Source of the DNA: Botryllus schlosseri
Lineage: Eukaryota
Length of the DNA: 64,000 nucleotides
Assembly: GCA_051294905.1 (NCBI GenBank)
Contig: CM119372.1
Coordinates: 22,198,001-22,262,000, forward strand
Direction: 5' to 3'
Under the pieces are notes generated by a model. That model had not been told where the DNA came from. It searched no databases and saw only the letters and a list, made by a program, of their open reading frames with translations. This document shows positions 41,297 to 54,489 of this stretch, piece by piece (the first letter of the stretch is position 1; every line of letters begins with the position of its first letter). The translations under genes were made by a program, and so were the position numbers.

Positions 41297-41820
41297 ATTA
41301 TGGGGTTACCATACGTCCTCTTTTAAGAGGATTTGTCCTCTTTTTTGACTTTTTTGAAAGTGTCCTCGGAGGACGCCCTTTTGTCCTCTTTTTTGAGATT
41401 TTGTCCTCTTTTTTGAAAATTTAGGTCAGATTTATAGCAAATTGCTAATGATATGCCGTAAATTAGCACAGAACTGACGCTCCGGCGGGTATTTCGGAGT
41501 GAAAAACGGTTATTTTAGCTCTGGGCGTATAGATGACCTTTTTTTTCTAGTTATCCACTTAACAATGCGGGAAGAAAAACGCTATGTTGAGCTCTGAGCG
41601 GAAAAGATGACCTTTTTTTTTAGTCAACCGATCACAAAGTGGGAAAAATTCCAGGTTTTTAAGAATTCTTCTCTGGTTTTGCAAGTCTCAAATTTCTGAA
41701 AAAGTCTCCTCTTTTTAGATTTCCAAAATATGGTAAGCCTAGTTTATTATTATTGAACTGCGAGTCCGGTTTCTCTGATGTCTGGGGATATGTTGGGTCG
41801 AAATTGTCACAGCAGTGCGA

Positions 41821-42408
41821 CCATATTGTCCTATATGGTGTCGACACAAGCAAATCACACGCCGCAGTGAAATTGATTCACGTCACAATTTCCATTTGGC
41901 TACAGGAAATTTGACGGTGATTTTTGACCGGCTTGCCAAGCATTAAATTTGGTAAAACGGGTATCAATCGAAAGCTGGCTCTGCACTGATTACGAAAATA
42001 TAAATTTTATTTCGCTCGTGGCCCTGGAACTCCCACAATCAGCCTCGAATTTTTTATTGTTATGGAGATTGTCATTGTAACGCAACGATGCTGTTTGGCT
42101 CTTTTTCTCTTGAGCTACTCTCTCGTTTCGCCGGACAGCATTGTTGCGTCCCAATGCCAATCTCCGTAACGATGAAAAATTCGAGGCTGATTGTGGGAGT
42201 TCCAGGGCCACGAGCGGAATAAAATTTATATTTTCGTAATCAGTGCAGAGTCAGCTTTCGATTGATACCCGTTTTACCAAATTTAATGCTCGTCAAGCCG
42301 GTCAAAAATGACCGTCAAATTTCCTGTAGCCAAATGGAAATTGTGACGTGAATCAATTTCATTGAGGCGTGAGCTTTGCTTGTGTCGACACCATATAGGA
42401 CACTATGA
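41821..42408. mobile_element. Palindromic MITE P2 (recombinant hybrid), ~275-bp arms with a ~35-nt loop
   Basis: Left flank tgcga (as P3), right flank tgaca (as P1). Confidence 0.85.
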
Positions 42409-42862
42409 TGACACCAAGGTGTGAACACAAGCAAATCTCCCGGCTCACTGCGATTGGTCTACGTGAGGGGTGTCAAACTCAAATTGCGTCAAGGGCCGGA
42501 TTCAAGCCTTCAAATCGCTCGCGGGCCGGACCAGTCAACTGATTCCAAAACGTTTCCTCGTGCTCTTGCTTTTCACTTGAATACCTTAAAAGCATATATA
42601 GATAATACGCGGATCGGTTTTTAAAGTAGGAGTAGCAAAATCGCATAACCTCTATTCACGAACAATGGAATTGGCTAAAATACGATGATTGCCAGTTGAA
42701 TACAGTTAAGAACTCCGGAAACAGTGGCGTTAACGAAGATATAAGTAGCCATATTCTATGCTCCCCTTGATTTAGTCGTAGTCTGGCGTTAGCCCTGCAT
42801 ATGGGTTGCGAGGAATACAAGATATTTAATTGGAAACGCGGACGTTAGAGTTTGGTTTATTA

Positions 42863-43298
42863 TGGGGTTACCATACGTCCTCTTTTAAGAGGATTTGTCC
42901 TCTTTTTTGACTTTTTTGAAAGTGTCCTCGGAGGACGCCCTTTTGTCCTCTTTTTTGAGATTTTGTCCTCTTTTTTGAAAATTTAGGTCAGATTTATAGC
43001 AAATTGCGAATGATACGCCGTAAATTAGCACCGAAGTGACGCTCCGCCGGGTATTTCGGAGTGAAAAACGGTTATTTTAGCTCTGGGTGTAAAGATGACC
43101 TTTTTTTAGTTATCCACTTAGCAATGCGGGAAGAAAAACGGTATTTTGAGCTCTGAGCGGAAAAGATGACCTTTTTTTAGTCAACCGATCACTAAGTGGG
43201 AAAAATTCCAGGTTTTTGAGAATTCTTCTCCGGTTTTGCAAGTCTCAAATTTCTGAAAAAGTCTCCTCTTTTTAGATTTCCAAAATATGGTAAGCCTA
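42863..43298. mobile_element. TAGGGTTACCA-family MITE
   Basis: Perfect TSD gtttatta. Duplicate at ~41301..41741. Confidence 0.85.
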
Positions 43299-43377
43299 GT
43301 TTATTATTATTGAACTGCGAGTCCGGTTTCTCTGATGTCTGGGGATATGTTGGGTCGAAATTGTCACAGCAGTGCGA

Positions 43378-43818
43378 CCATATTGTCATATATGGTGTCG
43401 ACACAAGCAAATCACACGCCGCAGTGAAATTGATTCACGTCACAATTTCCATTTGGCTAACAGGAAATTTGACGGTGATTTTTGACCGGCTTGCCGAGAA
43501 TTAAATTTGGTAAAACGGGTATCAATCGAAAGCTGACTCTGCACTGATTACGAAAATGTAAATTTTATTCCGCTCGTGGCCCTGGAACTCCCACAATCAT
43601 CCTCGAATTTTTCATTGTTATGGAGATTGGCATTGGGACGCAACGATGCTGTCTGGCGAAACGAGAGAGTAGCTCAAGAGAAAAAGAGCTAGACAGCATT
43701 GTTGCGTCTCAATGCCAATGACCGTCAAATTGCCTGTAGCCAGACGGAAATTGTGACGTGAATCAATTTCACTGAGGCGTGAGATTTGCTTGTGTCGACA
43801 CCATATAGGACACTATGG
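43378..43818. mobile_element. Palindromic MITE P3 (right arm internally deleted, loop inverted relative to P1/P2)
   Basis: TSD tgcga on both sides (43373..43377, 43819..43823). Confidence 0.8.
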
Positions 43819-44129
43819 TGCGACCATAAATCTTTCAATTATATATTTTTGCAACTAATATATTTTCCCTGTCTATAACGGTTCCGCATTGGCGTTTTCG
43901 CTTCTGTGAAGAACTACCCTTTTGGTCCATATTTCTATAAAACTACGAACTTAGTGTGCACTTTTTGCCTTCTTGAAATTGGATGTTGGTTTCACCGACT
44001 TGTTACTATAGTGGTAACTAGAGTGAAACCACAGCGCTGTAGTCGGGTTGTTGTTGTTTTTATTAACTCATATAATTGGCGCTTGCAACTCGTGGTTATT
44101 TGCGCCCACACAGTAAATTTCATACATTT

Positions 44130-44333
44130 CATAATGGTATGTCTTCTTGAACTTGAGTCTTTTGCTGCCTCCTTTCAAGAGCTCGGCTCTCTCTTCTTCT
44201 GAGCTTTTCAACGCGCTGTATATGAGGAGCCCAGATAAACCTCCGACACATAGAAACATGGCAGAGCCGAGACTCGAACCACCAACCATTGGTGTCGTGG
44301 CTGCAGTGTTTAACCAACTGCGCCATCGCTTCC
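44130..44333 (-). mobile_element. tRNA-derived SINE head plus core
   Basis: GGAAGCGA-TGGCGCAGTTGG (box A)...GGTTCGAGTCT (box B), then the core GTCGGAGGTTTATCTGGGCTCCTC. 3' limit uncertain. Confidence 0.7.
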
Positions 44334-44739
44334 ACAGCTGTAGTCGGGTATTAGGCATTTTAAATATGGAAGTATTTCCTGCAAAATATCTCAACATTTG
44401 TTACAAATGTGTTTGAAAATATATAAAAGAAAATTCAATCTACTCAGAATTGCTTCGCGGGCCGGGTGAAATCGTCTGGCGGGCCGGATGCGGCCCGCGG
44501 GCCGTATGTTTGAGACCCCTGGTCTACGTCATACTTGACATTTGGACATTTGACGGTAATTTTTGACCGGCTTGCCGAGCGAGAAATTTGATAAAATTGG
44601 TATCAATCGACGGCCACCGCGGTATTGATTGCGAAAATATAAATTTTATTTTGCTCGTGGTCCTGAACCCCCCAAAATCAGCCTTGAATGTTGCATTGTA
44701 AGGGAGTTTGGTACTGTGGCGCAACCATGACCATCCGAC

Positions 44740-44925
44740 CAAGATAGGATGCAGCTATATACTCACAACTGTGCGAATGCGAAGTATATGCGGTACTGAC
44801 GAAACCGTAGAGCACTATCTGATAAATTGCAGAAAAGACCACAATCAAAGAGAATGCCTATACGAAGCCATACCAGGGTGTAATATTATCACCGAGCTTC
44901 TAGCTGTAAGACTGACTACTTAGAC
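44740..44925 (+). pseudogene. Non-LTR retrotransposon C-terminal CCHC zinc-knuckle fragment
   Basis: ICGTDETVEHYLINC matches the CxxCG..ETxxHxLxxC motif, preceded by a frameshifted CECE segment. Confidence 0.6.
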
Positions 44926-46395
44926 AGATACCTTTACAAGCCGAACTCCAAGTGTATTCTCAGCAGACCACATGCTTATTCTTCGCAAACGGCGAATATC
45001 ATAACTGTCGATATGCGAAATAGGGATGGTGCGAACCCCTGAAAGCTTCTGGTTCGTCTGAACGCCAGTGGCGTAGCCACCATTTGGCACTTACGGCTCT
45101 GCGCCATGGGCGGTAGGCTGTTAGGGGGCGGCAAATTGTGAGGTGATGACCTTTATAGTCAACACTACAGAAGTACTGAAAAAGGTGGTGGGTATTGCGG
45201 GAGTTGATGCGAAGTAATGACCTTCTTTTAGTCGACACAATAAGATTTCTAGTAAATATAATTGACAAATTGAAACTATTTCAAAATTTGGGCGGCATTT
45301 TCAACGAAAGGAGCAAATGTCCGTAATTTTGAACATGAAAATGAACATGAAATTGTTCTTCGCGCTGCGCGTGATTTATTATCACGTTTATTAATTTTAG
45401 TACGGTAACTACCACCCTCACACAAACTGCAATCAAAAATAAATAATATTAACCTCCATTTACTGATATAAGTCTCATTGTAATCGCAGTTATAGGAGAA
45501 CGGTATATTCCTAGAGTCGCTTAATGCCGTTTAAAGGCTTTATTCCAATAAACTGGTTCTAAACCCGTGAGTCGTTGATTGCCTTCATCTGGGGTTCGCG
45601 AAAATGTTGAACGTATCAGTTTCCAAAATAGGCCGTGAGTAAGTCTGGACAAAAATGCTTACTGCTGACCTTTTTTAGTAATCAGTAGGACAAGTTTTTG
45701 TTGCAGTTAAATCCGTGGAAAGTTGCATTTATTTCTGACAAAAGTTGCATTTATTTTTTCACAAAAGTTGCAACCACATTTTGCTCGGTTGACTAAAAAA
45801 AAGGTCAACTTCCCAGTTCCACTCCCGAAATACCATTTTCTATCCGCATTCTCTATCGATTGACTGAAAAATAGTCAACTTTCCGGCTCAGCTTCCGAAA
45901 TACCGGTAAGAGCGTTACTTCAGTGCTGATTTACGGTATTTCAGTCGAATTTGGCCGTGTATTTCACCAAAATCAAAAATACTTTCATGAAAATCGAAAA
46001 AGATGCAAAATGTTGCAAAAAGTTGCATGACAAAAAAATGAAGAAAAGAAATGAACAAAAGTTGCAAAAAGTTGCATTATAAGATTCCTACGAACAGCTT
46101 AAAACATCATTCTACATATCTTACGAGTATTTAGGAAGCTGCCGGAAGCTGTAAAAAAAAGTTGCAAAAGTGGCAAAAACTTGCGCTAGTAATCAGCTTA
46201 TCAAGTTAGTGAGTAGATATGGGACCCCGGGAATTCCCGATCCCGGGATCACGGGATTTCAAGCAATCCGATCCCGGGCCTAACCGAAATGAAATCCCGA
46301 GATTTGTAAACAGCATCTACCAAGGTTTATATAGCGCCATATCTCTTATTTTGGTAAAAAAAAGCAGTGTCACAAACTCCACTGATTGTCTAAAA

Positions 46396-48080
46396 CAGTG
46401 GTTCCCAACCTTTTTGACCTCGCGGCACACTTTGAAAATGAAAAAGAGTTCGCGGCACACTAGCACAGTGGTTCTGAACTCTTTTGGCTTACGGCAAAAG
46501 CAAACTACCAGAATGCGTATAGCAGCAACCACAGTATTATACAGGTGGTCACTGGTCACTGACGAAATATTTCTGCCTTTTCGGTGTACTCAAGTAGGCT
46601 TTTCGATGCTTCAAAGAAGAAATTAAGTTTTCTTTTATCTCTGCGGACATGTCACAAATACGTCTACGAATGGTATAATTTGACATGGGGGTCGTTTTCA
46701 ATTCTTCTTTTTTTTTTAAATTTTATTGCAGGCAGGAATAAGGACTTTCTCTCAATCCGCGTGTGAGGTTTTGAATTATCAACCATTACCTCTGTTGCCA
46801 CATAACTTGCCTGCTGAGACCTCGTTCAAACTTCAGGCTGAGGTTAATTTCATAAGATTGGCTTGACAACAAAGTCTGCCCACTACCTCGTTGTCGATGT
46901 AATTAACCGTCGCATGGAAGAGTCCAATCGCGATCGTCACTAACAAATACAGACGCGTATAGAGGTGTCTATACTTGGAAGCCAAACGCTTTTCCATGCA
47001 GATCGTGTAATAGCTTCTGTGAGGATAGCAATACCTCTGTCAAGAGTCTTACTGGCAGCCAGCTTCTGTTCAATTGCAGTTCCAACAAACCGGGATGATA
47101 AACCTCAGGACCGGCGAAATTTGTTAACTGATATAATTTGTTCAACATTACTTCTCAATTCTCAAATTTGTCGCCTGCAACATTACGTTGCGCCCTGAGC
47201 CTACTTTTACCTGCAATGCTGGCACGCTACCTAACAATCACAATGTGAATGGCTATGTCGGCAATTCTAATTTGTAAACGTGAACCTCACTTCCAAATGA
47301 GTATACATTTCTCGTTGGTGGGAATGCCTTCCTAGGTGTTGGAGGTTTATATTGGCTCCTACTCGTCCTCGGATCTGCAAAAGCAGTGTCTTACAAAAAG
47401 TGGACCGTGCAATAAGTTGGCATCTCAGGAATCAAAATATGTTATATCGGCATAGTATAAAATTATCATCGATAACGAAGACATGGCAAGAATACGACTA
47501 CAAATAGAAACAGAAAAAGGTCACCAACTACGTCACGTCCCTGTTCTGCCTCCGGTTCGGATGGGGTGACAAGTAAAAGGTCACCTTCGGCCACACCTCA
47601 ACATCACGGTCCAATAGCCCGAGTCTAGTTATCTATCTATCACCGTCCTAAATGCTACTATATATGGGCAAACTAGCGCATCACACCCATTGACGGTGGA
47701 GGCCCCAGTTTCATTCATGGCAGTGCAGTAGCAAGTTACGAAGCGTCGCAGATTAATGAGATTCTCCGACCATATACGTTGCTGTGCTCAGAGCGTCTTT
47801 ACAATAAAAGCCAGAAAAAGACCCAATCCATGACGTGATGGGGATGCCTAATTGAGATAACGTCACTATGGCCGTCGCGATATCCTTGTATCTGTTCACT
47901 GCATCGGATTGTACATCGCGTGTCTTGATATAGTAAATTCAATAGAAACTCCAACAATGACACACTCAAAATTTAGATTTTTGTTATACTTTGACCCAGT
48001 TTAGCGCATTTGCTCGCGGCACACCTGAGCAGCCCAATTGGCACACTAGTGCGCCGCGGCACACCGGTTGGGAACCACTG
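46396..48080. mobile_element. CAGTGGTTCCCAAC hAT non-autonomous element
   Basis: TIRs with cgcggcacac subterminal motifs. Perfect TSD gtctaaaa. Confidence 0.9.
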
Positions 48081-48249
48081 GTCTAAAACAATTAAAAATT
48101 ATGCGATATTGAAACCAACTATGGCATAACAATGAGCTAAACGTTCACTTCCGTCGCAGTGCAACTATGAGTATCGGAGCGTTACAAAGACGGTGCTGTG
48201 AAGGTGAAATGGCCTATACCGTTCGGGGTAATACAGAATTTCGAAAATA

Positions 48250-48760
48250 TCACTGCGAAGAGAAAATCAGATGTGTGGCAGAACTTTTTGTTTTGTAAAT
48301 CTACAGCAAAAGACAAATGCAACAATTGTCAAGCCGTTTTGAAAGTTTCAGGTCCGTACACATGATAGTAATTGAATCATGCAGGCTCAATCGAACACGT
48401 AAAACCAAGATCAGCTAAAAATGAAGAAGAGAAAGATCGATTAATTCCTTTTATAAATCGCATAGGCATGCGGCCTCGATGAACTTCTAAGTCAGTTAAC
48501 TGCTGTGGACTAGCCTTAATCAAATCGCCCATAGTGCGCGAATTCGTCGGGCCTTCAAGGCTGACGGCTATGACTGGCCAAGATGGCAAAAACGGGTTCG
48601 GATCTTAATGATCGAGCGCAGCAAAAATAATCCGCAAGTGTGTGGAAGAAGAGCTTATGGCAATGAAACGGAATAATGTACGTTTTTCGATCACGCTGGG
48701 CGAATCAACTTCTACATGAAACAGGCGGTAGGCCTATTAATTTAAATGCTCATCATCTGG
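48250..48760 (+). pseudogene. hAT transposase relic with BED zinc finger
   Basis: AKRKSDVWQNFLFCKSTAKDKCNNCQAVLK (BED finger) and VRFSITLGESTST*NRR..INLNAH (decayed first catalytic strand). Probable left end at ~46213 (cccgggatc repeats). Confidence 0.65.
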
Positions 48761-49132
48761 GTGGCTATTTACTTATAGATAACTAACCTAACCGTAGGTT
48801 AGTTGTCTATAATTTACTATAACTATAACATCCGGGTGTGTGAGGCTGAAAAAATATGGTTTCGGTCCTGGTTATAACCAGGGCTGTGGAGTCGGAATCG
48901 GAGTATGGGTAATTTTCGCTTGATGGAGTCGGACTCGCAGTCGTGAAAACTATAATAGCTGGAGTCGGAGTCGTGGGAAAAATACTGACTGGAGTCGGAG
49001 TTTGTGAGAATGACCCTGACTTCGACTCCGACTCCGACTCCAACTTCTCCATCACGAAAACATATGCTTTCAAAGAATTTTCAATATAATTTTTATGTAC
49101 CACCAATCACTGTAATTAATACCTATACAGAT

Positions 49133-50834
49133 CAGGTGCGGCCAGCCCATGGCACGCAGGCCAAATTTGGCACGCACGAGAAGGTTAGGTGTGGCCTGCG
49201 AGGTAATTCTCGAAATTATTTATGACATCAGGTACAATTGCAAGGCCAACCAAAATTTGATTAGCATGACCGGGAAATTTGATGATGACTAAAACAACAG
49301 TTCTGACGCATTGACGTATCCAGGGTCTTTCTCGGTATTCCGCATGATTCATTGTCACTAGATTTCAGTGTTGGGATGACTCGAGTCATGACTTGACTCG
49401 AGTCAGACTCGAGTCACCTTTTTGGTATGACTTGACTTGACTCGAGTCACTTTGCTAAAATGACTTGACTTGACTTGACTCGGTGTATCAGAAATGTGGA
49501 TTGACTCGTGACTCGGAGCGAAATTCCCGATTCAATTTCAAGTCATCAAGTAATCGGTGTCGTTCAAAATCATTGTATCTTGCATATGTTCGGATTGTTC
49601 GCGAAACGCCTTTAAACCGTGAGAGCGACCAATCATTTAATGATCGTGCGTTAGACCGAGCCTCCATTGTTCTCTCACAAATAAATTGAACGCAAACGAA
49701 GTGATCGAAGCTTATAGCTTACGTTATCGTAAACTAGTATAGTAAAGTAATTTCTGTTCTCTATTTTTACCTTAGCCAAACCTCTTGTTTTATTGAAACT
49801 GAATTCGACTATAGTTTGTACAGTCCTCAACCATTGGCGCAGTCTGGAATTGTATCATATCGATTTGTAAATGCGTAATGTATTGCATCTTATCAAATCG
49901 CATCTATTCTTTTTTTGGCTAGTAACTATAAACTGAGGTTTAGCAGTTTTACGTATATGTGAGCCGATACAGCGCCTTCTTGCGTGTATATTTAACTCTA
50001 TATTCGTTAATCGGTTCTAAATCAATGACCACTCAATCTGTATTTCAGCCAGCTAGCAAAATGCAATGACGTTATCATGCCTCATACTTCGAAAAGACAA
50101 CTTGACTTGAATTTTGACTTGACTCGTGACTTGACTTGACTTGACTCGACTTGACTCGAGTCACCTCCAAAAATCGAGTGACTTGACTTGACTCGAGTCA
50201 CCTTTGAAAATCGATTGACTTGACTTGACTCGAGTCAAAATGTGCAATGACTCGAAATGACTCGTGACTCGAAGGTAGTGACTTGATCCCAACACTGCTA
50301 GATTTCTTGCATTCAGTATTTAAGCCCCCTTCTGAAAATTATAAATACATATTATTCACAGAATTGAGTCTAACTATATTCACAATTCGGAGAGAACGTG
50401 TCGTCCAACGTGCGGCTTTGCTTTGCACTCGCAGCCAGATCGTCGACAAAACATTTGCACAAAATGATAGAGGCATGTTCACTGATACCGTCGATTTTTC
50501 TATGTCTAAACGTCGAATAACCCTGTCCTTGCCAAATGAGCCCAGTGGTATACAGATGCGACCCCTACTGTATGTTAGCAACATATTTATTCATATAATT
50601 CAGATTATCTTGCAGAAAAATTTCGCGCGACCAGGGCCTGATTGCGCACTGCACAGTTGCATGACATATTGTAATCAATTTTAGAGCGTATTAATATAAG
50701 TCTTGTTTGCAATGTTACCTAATTCGGTTCGCTCCTATCGGACGACTAAAAAATGGTTATCAACATTCCAGTTGCCCGGGCAATGGTTCGTAAATCTCAT
50801 GTGTCCCTTTGGCCAAAAAAGTTGCCCACCCCTG
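49133..50834. mobile_element. hAT MITE nested in 48879..51787
   Basis: Ends caggtgcggccagc / gttgcccacccctg. Perfect TSD atacagat. Confidence 0.85.
49366..50297. mobile_element. CAGTGTTGGGAT hAT MITE (gactt/gactcgagtc arrays), third nesting level
   Basis: TIR cagtgttgggat / atcccaacactg. Perfect TSD ctagattt. Confidence 0.92.
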
Positions 50835-51795
50835 ATACAGATAAAATTAGACATTACTTGCAAATTACAACTCAGTTGCACAGGGCAAGAAAATCGCAAT
50901 ATGCGTTTTCGCGATGCAGTCAAAATTGATGCAATTTTTGGAATTATACCGTGATACTGTGACAGAGCAAATGCATCGACTGGGTTTGTAAAATTGTAAA
51001 AATGATGTAAATTTGACCAAACGATGCTTCCCACTTGACAAAATTAAAAATATTTGTAGTGTGGCTTAGCTGTTTGGGTCGAACAAATGATTAAGAAAGA
51101 CTGCAAGTCCCAATTCTTGAATACTTGATTAAGTACATGTAGACTGGACATAGGCTGTATGGTCTTTGACTACTTAACTAAATTCCATTCATGACCAATG
51201 TCTATTAGTAGTAAGAGTATGTGTGCTTGTAATCAGTATAGTGTACATTCTGTACAATGACAAAATTAGTAGGTTCAATCTCTTTATTAGTTGCTGACTC
51301 ATACACAAGAGCTACACTTGGATTTTTTATCGACATTTTTATTACACAGGATTGGATATCTGCCATATTTGAATGATTGATACATTTCCGGATATTAGAG
51401 AGTCCATGTTATAAAAACTTGAAAAATGAAGGCTATTTAGCAAATCTTTATTTCATGTTAATGGCATAGTGGATATTTCGAGCTGTGCAACAATGAAATA
51501 ATTTAGCATACCACCGTTAATCATATGTTGGCATATGTTTAATGGCTGTATGATAGTCATTCAACCGACAATGGGGCATATAATTTTCGAAGTAAATTGG
51601 TAATAATGCTGGAGTCGTAGTCGGGAGTCGGGAGTCGGAGTCAGAGTCGGTACGTTTAAAGACCCAGAAGTCGGAGTCGGAGTCGGTACGTTTAAAGACT
51701 CAGGAGTCGGAGTCGGTATATTGAAAATGTGTGGAGTCGGAGTCGGAACCGGCGTCGGTGGTAAAATTTACCGACTCCACAGCCCTGGTTATAAC

Positions 51796-53132
51796 CAGAG
51801 GTGGTCAGTAGCAAAGTACTTCTACTTTTTCGAAGTACGCAAGTAGTTCTCCTCTACTTCTGGTACTTACTCAAGTAGATCTAGTTTTCGCTACTTCTAC
51901 TTCTACTTCGTAATATTTTTGTGATCTACTTACTTACTTTTCGCTATTTTCAGTTTGTCAAGTAGAAATAGTTCAATCTTCCAATCAGGAAGATAGCCTG
52001 AGGAATTTCGGGGCTATTTTCACGGAGTATTAACATTTAATTTTCATAAAAGTTGAGTAAAGCCCAGAATTTTCGTCGCGCTTCGCGTACAGTGGATACG
52101 GAGTTACCAGTATGATTTCACAAAAGTATCGATGAATATAATTTAGGTAGCTGGTTGGCGTGGTTCTGTTCACACTGCTGGGATATCTAGAACTAGATAT
52201 CTAGATATTCCCGCGTTCACACCACATTGTCGCCCTTTGCCCATATAATTCAGTATATATGACTCATCATAACGTTTGAAACTGATGTTTCGCAATCTAG
52301 CATCTAGCCTACTTGTCATATCGTAATCTAGCATGTCCATGGCGCGTCCTAACCTGGAAAAGTGGACTCTGACTTTTTTCAGCTTTTCACGTTTTAGCAT
52401 ACCACCTTTGAAACTTTCTGGACTAAAGGCATGAAAAACGTGTTCCGCTTTTAGAAGTAGTATTTATGTTGCATTTTCAATTCCCAGTATCATATACTTT
52501 GAGTTATAATTAATATCAGTTCTTTTGTCTGGATAACATACATGTTGAAGTATAAAAGCAAGTGTAGTAATGCCTTCAATTTCCGGAAATAAAGCTACAC
52601 AATATAGCATTTTTACGGTCCACCATATTTTTTATTAACGTTTACTAATCGCGCAATGTGTTTACACCGTCTTCTATACAACTTCTCCGTATTGCTCTTC
52701 GACTAAACTACGGACCTTATAATATGAGGGATGGCGCCATACCATGCTATTTTCTAAAACGTGCTGTTCGAGAAAACAGAGGATAAGTATCGCATTTGCA
52801 TATCACTCCTATCATTTTCATCCCATGATGTGGACGAATGCTTATGCTATCGAAAATTGAATACCTGCTGGTATGCATCAATATTAATCAAGCTCGTCAC
52901 CTTTCGCATAGCTTAATTTGCACCTTTTTACAATCCATGTGAACGAATTAGGATCGTTTTCACAACTACTTACTTACTTGAGTACTTTTAAAGTCAGTCA
53001 ATTCTACTTCTACTTCAAGTAGTTTCAGGGTGCTTATGGAAGAAGTGCTTCTACTCATACTTGAGTAGATTTTTTTCGTTGCTACTTCTACTTCTACTTA
53101 AGTAGCTTTCTTGACTACTTTGACCACATCTG
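51796..53132. mobile_element. CAGAGGTGGTCA hAT element
   Basis: TIR cagaggtggtca / tgaccacatctg. TSD gttataac (51788..51795, 53133..53140). Confidence 0.9.
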
Positions 53133-54489
53133 GTTATAACACACAACCACATTCTCCTGAAACGGATCGTGACCAGCTGACCACCTTTGGTCGATAGGCA
53201 AAGCTTTGCTAGTGTGACGTCATATTGACGGACAATGTGCTCATACCTTATTTTGAAATCCGCTAGTGGGCGCTAAAGAGTGCCTGGAATTGAAGACACA
53301 AAACTGTGGTAACCCTACTGTAGATCAAATCCAGTAGCTGGGCGACTGCATTCTGGGATATCACTACAGTTCTTGTTTATCAAACAAAAAATAGGTGCTT
53401 ATCACCTGTTGTATTTTGCACAGCGGTCACAGATTGCGCACAAAGGAATGCGCCATTTTCATTAATGACATATGATATATCTTAACTTTCGTTTGGATTA
53501 TGAATAAATTAGTATTTACGGTGACCCATTATTTAATGATTTATTATAGGGTTGCCCACCGTAAATACTATTTTATTCAAATCTAAATTTTTCCACGGCA
53601 ATAACTCCGCTTCCGCTGGTTGGAATTGAACCAAATTTGGTGAACATCGTTTCTATAGACAACCTAACACTTTCATGGGGTGAACAGAGAATTTTCAAAT
53701 TTTTTGTTATTTTTATTTATATAATAAATAGAAACTTTCTTCTCTTGTAGTAATGAGGCTACTGGTTGGAATTGAACCAAATTTGGTGTGTAGGCTTAAA
53801 TTAGGTAACCTAAAAATTTAATAACGTGGCCAGTACGAGTTAAGAAAAAAAGTCATTTTTGAAGACCCCTAATGTTCAGCTTGACGGGACGAAAAGGCTC
53901 CGCGATAACCACTGACGTATAGAGCCTCTTTCGCGGGGCCATGGAAAAATTAAAAAATCATCATCTACGAGTCTACTATAACAAAATAAATTGCATGCGT
54001 ATTCAATATGACGTACGACTGGCTCTTTCTATCACCAAACCTGCAATTGGCATTTTCAGAGCAAAATCAAGCTCAAGGATATCGCACATATCACATTATA
54101 CCAAAGATGTAGTGACTAATTAATTCACTATTATGTTTGTTGTGTGTGGTATATATATATCATAATATAATTCTTACTACTGGTTAATTGTACGCCAGTC
54201 CTTTAGTTATAAATACGGCTCCTAATTTTCTCAAAAAGTGAAGGGGGCCATTGATTTTTCAAAATTTTCAAACGTAGTAATCGGCGTAAAGGGGTCACGT
54301 TGTAAAAAGGGAACCCCTGCTATAGAGAATATGAGAAGGTAATGGTTATTTCCAAAAATAAATTGCAGTTGGCAACGTAACAATGGCAATAAATAAGGTT
54401 TGAAGAATACGTTAAGAAAACAGTAGAGAGATGGAGAGAGATGTGGATATTGCTTCGTCAGCGGGAACATTCAATTTCAATATTCGTCA

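Larger units (their letters stand above)
40141..44521. mobile_element. hAT (Charlie-like) element with nested inserts; left end duplicated at ~42465
   Basis: Ends gaggggtgtcaaac / gtttgagacccctg. Perfect TSD gtctacgt. Confidence 0.8.
48879..51787. mobile_element. CAGGGCTGTGGAGTCGG hAT element (ggagtc subterminal arrays) with two nested inserts
   Basis: Perfect TIR. TSD gttataac (48871..48878, 51788..51795). Confidence 0.92.

Noticed and set aside
44260..44333. Functional tRNA gene
   Set aside because: Has A/B boxes but poor acceptor and anticodon stems, and runs into a SINE core.
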